The notes beneath the pieces are model-generated. The model was not told where the DNA came from and searched no databases. It worked only from the letters and a program-made list of their open reading frames with translations. This document shows, in pieces, positions 51,462 to 55,068 of a DNA stretch of 55,068 bases. The stretch spans positions 103,844,976 to 103,900,043 of the forward strand of contig NC_068982.1 of NCBI RefSeq assembly GCF_001194135.2, in the 5' to 3' direction. This DNA is from Octopus bimaculoides. Lineage: Eukaryota. The translations under genes and the position numbers were made by a program. How positions within the stretch are numbered: position 1 is the stretch's first letter; each line of letters begins with the position of its first letter.

Positions 51462-51615
51462 CATACATATATTACACTTATACAAATATATATACATGTG
51501 TACTTGAGAAGATGTTTGCTTCCTAATCCCAGGTCAACATGTCCAAAGTAATTACCATTTCAAATTCTGTTGGTTCATCTTTGCTAGGTCTAGGAGTTGG
51601 AGTTGGGCTCCTTTG
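14441..51615 (-). CDS. Unidentified multi-exon gene, about 430 aa in window: low-complexity repeat N-terminus, CxxC motifs, coiled-coil C-terminal half; 5' end probably beyond window
   Basis: Twenty GT-AG exons join in phase without stops: 51615-51556, 48852-48799, 45645-45598, 42622-42575, 38764-38708, 34974-34924, 34578-34524, 33769-33718, 32523-32460 (or to 32371 with a frameshift), 32254-32220, 31899-31818, 31285-31241, 30879-30838, 27446-27433, 27297-27189, 27029-26934, 21491-21439, 21215-21138, 20139-20052, 18800-18750. Terminal exon 14551-14441 (TGA). Manual model; no homolog recognised. Confidence 0.65.
15658..16044 (+). mobile_element. SINE family B with 12-bp TSD
   Basis: TSD actattggtgga at 15646-15657 and 16045-16056; (CAA)n tail. 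Confidence 0.9.
16664..17052 (-). mobile_element. SINE family B with 9-bp TSD
   Basis: TSD cttcctggg at 16655-16663 and 17053-17061. Confidence 0.9.
17359..18559 (+). mobile_element. Decayed full-length mariner (DD34D) transposon
   Basis: TIRs (g)gt(a/c)agctg(a/g)aaagttca(t/c)a(a/g)gctgacta; terminal TA. Broken transposase with [22 protein letters not shown] and [16 protein letters not shown]...[14 protein letters not shown]. Confidence 0.9.
18750..18800 (-). CDS. Exon [17 protein letters not shown] (phase 0-0)
   Basis: Long pyrimidine tract ending ttccag; donor gtaagt. Confidence 0.65.
20052..20139 (-). CDS. Exon (S)[29 protein letters not shown] (phase 2-0)
   Basis: Branch-like ctaac, pyrimidine tract, tag acceptor; donor gtaagt; single open frame. 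Confidence 0.75.
21138..21215 (-). CDS. Exon (N)[25 protein letters not shown] (phase 2-2)
   Basis: Acceptor ctctttttcag; donor AG|gtatac. Confidence 0.75.
21439..21491 (-). CDS. Exon [17 protein letters not shown] (phase 0-2)
   Basis: Acceptor gtctcag; donor gtagtt; bridges the phases of its neighbours exactly. Confidence 0.65.
21609..21994 (+). mobile_element. SINE family B
   Basis: Full head, body and tail; inserted in (TATG)n. Confidence 0.9.
22040..22343 (+). mobile_element. Internally deleted mariner remnant
   Basis: [25 protein letters not shown] followed directly by the C-terminal [18 protein letters not shown]; right TIR ...gggtacccccttgTA. Confidence 0.7.
22363..22727 (-). mobile_element. 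SINE family A
   Basis: High similarity to other family-A copies; small internal deletion. Confidence 0.9.
23004..23388 (-). mobile_element. SINE family A
   Basis: High similarity to other family-A copies. Confidence 0.9.
23870..24259 (-). mobile_element. SINE family B with 11-bp TSD
   Basis: TSD tgaccatttat at 23859-23869 and 24260-24270. Confidence 0.9.
24610..24935. repeat. Polypurine (GA/GGGA)-rich low-complexity tract
   Basis: About 320 bp almost exclusively G/A. Confidence 0.9.
26165..26615 (+). mobile_element. 3' remnant of a CRE-like non-LTR retrotransposon (restriction-like endonuclease domain)
   Basis: [20 protein letters not shown]...[18 protein letters not shown] ... YLFEPEAFE ... 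[10 protein letters not shown], with stops. Confidence 0.7.
26934..27029 (-). CDS. Exon [32 protein letters not shown] (phase 0-0, coiled-coil-like)
   Basis: Acceptor tttcgtttacag; donor AAG|gtattt; only one frame is open. Confidence 0.75.
27189..27297 (-). CDS. Exon (F)[36 protein letters not shown] (phase 2-0)
   Basis: Acceptor tattatag; donor CAG|gtatca. Confidence 0.6.
27433..27446 (-). CDS. 14-nt microexon YGIT(F) (phase 0-2)
   Basis: Acceptor tatatttag; donor gtaagc; needed to keep the frame. Confidence 0.5.
27479..28269 (-). mobile_element. RTE-clade LINE 3' end (RT C-terminus, 3' UTR, (GAT)n tail)
   Basis: [37 protein letters not shown], followed by a UTR homologous to 53700-54260. 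Confidence 0.85.
28900..29470 (+). mobile_element. CR1/L2-like LINE 3' remnant
   Basis: [12 protein letters not shown]...GRHC...[10 protein letters not shown]...[16 protein letters not shown]...RAALSNSL. Confidence 0.75.
29581..29652. repeat. 25-bp tandem repeat, about 2.8 copies
   Basis: Unit acagattttgtca(c/t)ttgggctcatc. Confidence 0.85.
30838..30879 (-). CDS. Exon [14 protein letters not shown] (phase 0-0)
   Basis: Acceptor cttttacttcag; donor CAG|gtatgg. Confidence 0.65.
31241..31285 (-). CDS. Exon [15 protein letters not shown] (phase 0-0)
   Basis: Acceptor cattttag; donor gtaatg. Confidence 0.55.
31818..31899 (-). CDS. Exon (C)[27 protein letters not shown] (phase 2-0)
   Basis: Strong tract tttctttcccttctctgtgatgaccag; donor AAG|gtaaaa. 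Confidence 0.65.
32220..32254 (-). CDS. Exon [11 protein letters not shown](C) (phase 0-2)
   Basis: Acceptor catcttttcag; donor gtaatt; single open frame. Confidence 0.6.
32371..32523 (-). CDS. Exon (I)[21 protein letters not shown]..., 3' boundary ambiguous
   Basis: Acceptor ttcttatttttcag. In-frame weak donor gtttct after 32460, or strong gtgagt after 32371 that needs a +1-nt correction. Confidence 0.55.
33718..33769 (-). CDS. Exon (I)[16 protein letters not shown](I) (phase 1-2)
   Basis: Acceptor ctaacaatattttcag; donor gtaggt. An alternative in-frame acceptor gives a first base at 33874. Confidence 0.6.
34524..34578 (-). CDS. Exon [18 protein letters not shown] (phase 0-1)
   Basis: Acceptor tattaatag; donor gtaacc; single open frame. 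Confidence 0.6.
34595..34862. repeat. Compound (TGAA)/(TATG)/(CATG) microsatellite filling an intron
   Basis: Direct inspection. Confidence 0.95.
34924..34974 (-). CDS. Repeat exon [17 protein letters not shown] (phase 0-0)
   Basis: Acceptor tttattttatag; donor ATG|gtaatt; paralogous to 38708-38764. Confidence 0.75.
36001..36410 (+). mobile_element. SINE family A inserted in the PLE endonuclease
   Basis: Complete copy; the PLE frame resumes after it. Confidence 0.9.
37158..37390 (-). mobile_element. RTE 3' UTR fragment with (GAT) tail
   Basis: Homologous to 27479-27790 and 54020-54260. Confidence 0.85.
37563..37651 (+). ncRNA. Degenerate type I hammerhead ribozyme motif in the PLE 3' region
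   Basis: Stem I cttggc/gcccag (5 of 6 pairs), CTGAAGA (37569-75), long stem II, GAAG (37634-37; consensus GAAA), palindromic CATATG, TA cleavage site (37644-45). Confidence 0.5.
38152..38222 (+). pseudogene. Degenerate tRNA-like sequence / SINE head
   Basis: A-box-like TAGTGTAATGG, D stem, perfect T stem gcggg/cccgc with a 7-nt loop; anticodon loop and acceptor stem decayed. Confidence 0.4.
38708..38764 (-). CDS. Repeat exon [19 protein letters not shown] (phase 0-0)
   Basis: Acceptor tttgtttcatag; donor ATG|gtaatt; shares gagttcctctcagacac with 34924-34974. Confidence 0.75.
38989..39205. mobile_element. Mariner-type MITE, about 215 bp
   Basis: TIRs gtgctgaaaagttcctggctttaag / cttaaagccagtaacttttcagtac; ends in TA. 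Confidence 0.7.
39303..39944 (+). mobile_element. SINE family B interrupted in its A-box by a PLE-derived segment and an N gap
   Basis: ggaggcgcaatgg at 39303-39315; resumes ccagtggttagg at 39581. Confidence 0.8.
40066..40375. mobile_element. Foldback/MITE: about 310-bp near-complete palindrome flanked by TA
   Basis: Arms pair over nearly the whole length (37-bp block with 1 mismatch, 26-bp block with 2 mismatches); 13-nt central loop. Confidence 0.75.
40465..40925 (+). mobile_element. RTE-clade LINE 3' fragment
   Basis: AMLHGNEIW...[10 protein letters not shown]...[14 protein letters not shown]...DRDL. Confidence 0.85.
40927..42366 (+). mobile_element. Gypsy LTR retrotransposon 3' part: decayed integrase, PPT and 3' LTR
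   Basis: HPGISRMK...CRIC (HHCC), [29 protein letters not shown], with stops. PPT aaaaggtgaga; LTR 42065-42366 bounded by (T/C)GTTGTA...TACAACA. Confidence 0.9.
42575..42622 (-). CDS. Repeat-type exon [16 protein letters not shown] (phase 0-0)
   Basis: Acceptor tttttttctattatatag; donor GAG|gtaatt. Confidence 0.65.
43080..43700 (+). mobile_element. Two tandem decayed Penelope-like GIY-YIG fragments
   Basis: [33 protein letters not shown] (43080-43260) and LNGKCL...TYTGLA..FRIR*AWH..SFK...[12 protein letters not shown] (43440-43700). Confidence 0.65.
44162..44394 (-). mobile_element. tRNA-derived SINE family D with long TSD
   Basis: TSD tgaaagtaatctctttct (18 bp; up to 22 bp counting cctc) at 44140-44161 and 44391-44412. 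Degraded relatives near 5060, 5230, 9700, 15420, 16080, 25660 and 25900. Confidence 0.85.
44496..44577. repeat. 18-bp minisatellite, about 5 units
   Basis: Unit tatgttttccaaaaagag. Confidence 0.9.
45598..45645 (-). CDS. Repeat-type exon [16 protein letters not shown] (phase 0-0)
   Basis: Acceptor tttcttttttcttatag; donor TTG|gtaact. All frames are open; frame chosen by chain phase. Confidence 0.55.
46169..46891 (+). repeat. Local duplication B, copy 1 (copy 2 at 49051-49753)
   Basis: Collinear, highly similar blocks. Confidence 0.9.
47102..48313 (+). repeat. Local duplication A, copy of 41877-43053 (Gypsy tail, LTR 47289-47595, exon position hidden in N gap)
   Basis: Shared sequence extends on both sides of the LTR, so this is a segmental copy rather than a second insertion. 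Confidence 0.9.
48799..48852 (-). CDS. Repeat exon [18 protein letters not shown] (phase 0-0)
   Basis: Acceptor tttaattttacag; donor AAG|gtaatt; paralog of 51556-51615. Confidence 0.75.
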
Positions 51616-51723
51616 CTGTAAAATTATATAAAATCAGAAATAATAAATTTTTAAAACAAGTTATTTCTAGTTTGTTAAAAGAACTCATGAATGTATACAG
51701 ATACACACACATAAATATATACA

Positions 51724-51771
<48 letters not shown>

Positions 51772-51835
51772 CATGATAAAGGTTAAAATACAAAAGTTAT
51801 AATAGCAACAATGTCTAGTCTCAACATTACAATAA
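50575..51835 (+). repeat. Local duplications C/D (similar to 48355-49045 and 54375-55068), carrying a PLE GIY-YIG remnant
   Basis: PFNGKC...IYRATVK...[11 protein letters not shown]...[10 protein letters not shown]...IQWDIV; collinear with the other copies. Confidence 0.85.
51556..51615 (-). CDS. Repeat exon [20 protein letters not shown] (phase 0-0)
   Basis: Acceptor ataattttacag; donor ATG|gtaatt. Confidence 0.75.
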
Positions 51836-53037
51836 ATACACTGCACATTTACTGTGAGCACATCTCCTCTTGTATGGAAACTAAAGCTTACATATAAACA
51901 TATGCACACAGAGTACATACAGACACACCCACACACATACATTCACATACACATGCATGTGTGCACACACACACATTCACACCCACCCACACACACACAC
52001 TTTGCATAAGAGTCTAAAATGGTCTTCATATAATAATTAATAATTTCATCCACATTTCAGCAACATCATAATCTTATCTTCAATATTAGGTGTTGTTAGT
52101 ACTACTTTTATAGTAAGAAAGGGTAATTTCAATTTTGACTGTTAAATTCGTCATCAATTAGAAGTTTACAAAGCTAACAGTCAAATATTCAAATTTTGGC
52201 AATAACATTTACAAAATTTTACTCTAAAGTGGTAGCAACATATTTCAACGTCTCTTCACTCTGAAGATGAGGCCATGAAGCTCTAGAAAGGAACTGAAAG
52301 GAAATTCTATGAAAATATAAAAAAGAACTTGATAAAAACATGTGCCTCATAAAAAGCACCCATGCTAGTGCCACATAGCACACAAATATTCTGCTGCCAC
52401 GTGAGCTTAAGCAATGATGGAGTCACATAAAAATGTACCTGCACTGGCGCCTTGTAAAAAGCAATCAGTACACTCTATAAAGTGACTGACATTAAGAAGG
52501 GCATCCAGCTATAGAAATCATGCTAAAACAAACAACTGAAGTCTGGTGCAGTTCTTCAGATTGCTAGTTCAAGCCATTCAACACATACCAGCATGGAAAA
52601 TGGATTTTAAATGACTTGTTGAGTTTATTTCTTCAGATTTTCTACAGAAATTATAGTCAGCCGTGATTTTGTTCCAACATTTCTTATCTGAGATGCCTTA
52701 TGTAAACAACAACATTGAGACCAAAGATGAAAATGGGTAATGGGCATATATGAAATATTTCAGTAATTTTTCCTCCTTCATCAGCACCCATCCAACCCAT
52801 AAATCATCCATGAACAAATTGATTAAACAGCCACTAAATATAGCAGTGTAACTTTCACAATATACCAATTTCACAGATTATACAGTCTTACATATTCGTG
52901 GAAGCTGGTGCGTAAATATGAATGACGTATTATTAATGTCATAACAAAATTATTGGTGGCTATATTTTCCATAGGAAATCTGTAGAGATAACTTTAACAA
53001 GTGATGCAAGAGCACTGTTAACACAGCAGAACATAGA

Positions 53038-53262
53038 CTTACTCTTTTACTCTTTTATTTGTTTCAGTCATTTGACTGCGGCCATGTTGGAGCACCGCCT
53101 TTAGTCGAGCAAATCAACCCCGGGACTTATTCTTTGTAAGCCTAGTACTTATTCGATCGGTCTCTTTTGCCGAACCGCTAAGTGACGGAGACATAAACAC
53201 ACCAGCATCGGTTGTCAAGCAATGCTAGGGGAACAAACACACACACACACAAACACACACAC

Positions 53263-53301
<39 letters not shown>

Positions 53302-53460
53302 TACGACGGGCTTCTTTCAGTTTCTGCCTACCAAATCTACTCACAAGGCTTTGGTCGGCCCGAGGCTATAGTAGAAGACACTTGCCCAAGGTTTCACGGA
53401 GTGGGACTGAACCCGGAACCATGTGATTGATAAGCAAGCTACTTACCACACAGCCACTCA
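53038..53460 (-). mobile_element. SINE family A, complete
   Basis: Close to family consensus. Confidence 0.9.
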
Positions 53461-53544
53461 ATTTGTAGTACATCATAGTTGCATAACGAAATATAGTGTC
53501 TCTACATGTCATTAATATGTATGTAAGTATATATATGTATAAGA

Positions 53545-54260
53545 CCTGGGATGAGGTGGTGAAACATGACCTTCAAACATTAGGCTTCATCGAGGCAATG
53601 ACAAGTGACCGGGACCTTTGGAAATATGCAGTGCATGAGAAGACCCCGACAAGCCAAGTGAGACCATAATCCGTGGCCTCTGCCAAAAGTGTAGCTAGCT
53701 CACTTATTCATATCTTTACTTCATTGGACACTAAACTCTGCTGGCGAAGACCTGTTGGGGCAAGTAAAATCGAAATCGAAATCGTAATTGAACCATATTC
53801 AATGACTGGCACCTGTTCCAGTGGAGCACTAACAACACCGTCCGAGCATGATCATTGCCAGAGCAGCTGTCTAGCTTCTGTGCCAGTGGCACGTAAATAG
53901 CACCATTTGAGCGTGATAATTACCAGCGTCGCCTTACTGACAATTGTGCCAGTGGTACATTAGAAAACATTCGAGCGAGGTCATTGCCAGTGCCACTAGA
54001 CTGGCTCCTGTGCAGGTGGCATGTAAAATACACCATTTTGAGCATGGCCATTGCCAGTAGCGCCTTACTGGCCTTCGTGCCGGTGGCACGTAAGAACACC
54101 CACTACATTCTCGGAGTGGTTGGTGTTAGGAAGGCTATCCAGCTGAAGAAACTCTGCCAGATCAGACTGGAGCCTGGTGCAGCCATCCGGTTCACTAGTC
54201 CTCAGTCAAATTGTCCAACCCATGCTAGCATGGAAAGCGGACGTTAAACGATGATGATGA
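53545..54260 (+). mobile_element. RTE-clade LINE 3' end with modular 3' UTR and (GAT)n tail
   Basis: [16 protein letters not shown]...DRDLWKYAV, then the UTR, then gatgatgatgat. Confidence 0.85.
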
Positions 54261-54290
54261 TATATATATATATATATATANNNNNNNNNN

Positions 54291-54340
<50 letters not shown>

Positions 54341-55068
54341 GTCAGGATTTGGATAAGAAATTTTTATTTAGCTCTTTTGTCCTTTATACAAAAGAAGTCA
54401 TCAACTTTATTCCTTTTATTAAATATTTAGCTTTATCCTGCAGACACTTTATATGAAGCTTTCATTATGTAATTGTGTATTATTCAGGGAGTAATTGAGA
54501 GAATACCATCCCCATATAGTACAATACAATGTAAAGGTTAGCTACATGTGCCTAGATAGTACAGCCTCAAAAAAAATCTTCCACTAAAACCAGAGCCTCA
54601 CAAAGATCACTAACTTCTTCAGTCTGGACTCTACTGTAAAAATAAAACAAACTGACCTTTTGATGGAAAATGCCAATTGAACTGTAACTTTAAACATTAT
54701 ATAGAGCTACAATAAAACAGTAGCTGATATTGTTATGGCATATATAATGTTTATAGATAACAGATTTGGATTATGCAGATTCTGGGTCACAATCAAATCA
54801 ACTTCACTGTCACAGTACTTCTGGCAACACAACAGTAAATAAATAAACATACAATGGGATATTGTTGGTAAAGATAGACCACAGGATTCAGATAGTGACA
54901 TTTATACCAGAGAAAAATCACACAAAATATCATATAATACACGAAAAAGAACTGAACTTGTTATGAAATCCGCAGAATAAAAAAGAGTTCCTCTTCAGTG
55001 AATATGAAATATAATGTGTTTTCAATGTTATGATGATAAGTCTTTCCCTTGTAAAAATTTTGATATAA

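Overview
AT-rich, repeat-dense eukaryotic genomic DNA with N gaps and abundant microsatellites. The SINE and LINE families present suggest a coleoid cephalopod, probably Octopus (inference). Most ORFs in the supplied track are repeat or microsatellite noise. Reading splice signals by hand reveals genes the track misses. (1) A plus-strand 3-exon gene (exon 1 ends 7387; CDS 7700-7745 + 8781-9001) encodes an 88-aa signal-peptide-bearing, Lys-rich protein ending in KKEL. (2) A large minus-strand gene of about 20 small exons (>=51615 down to 14441) joins in phase with no stops into about 430 aa. Its N-terminus is built from short phase-0 exons that appear to be multiplying by local segmental duplication (42-55 kb), and it probably continues beyond the right edge. 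(3) A weaker minus-strand spliced transcript starts head-to-head with gene 1. The remainder is transposon debris: tRNA-derived SINEs (several with TSDs), RTE, CR1 and CRE LINE ends, mariner remnants and MITEs, two non-autonomous Helitrons, a Gypsy integrase plus LTR, seven Penelope-like GIY-YIG remnants (one with a degenerate hammerhead ribozyme) and a decayed THAP domain. All gene models are manual predictions with no database support.
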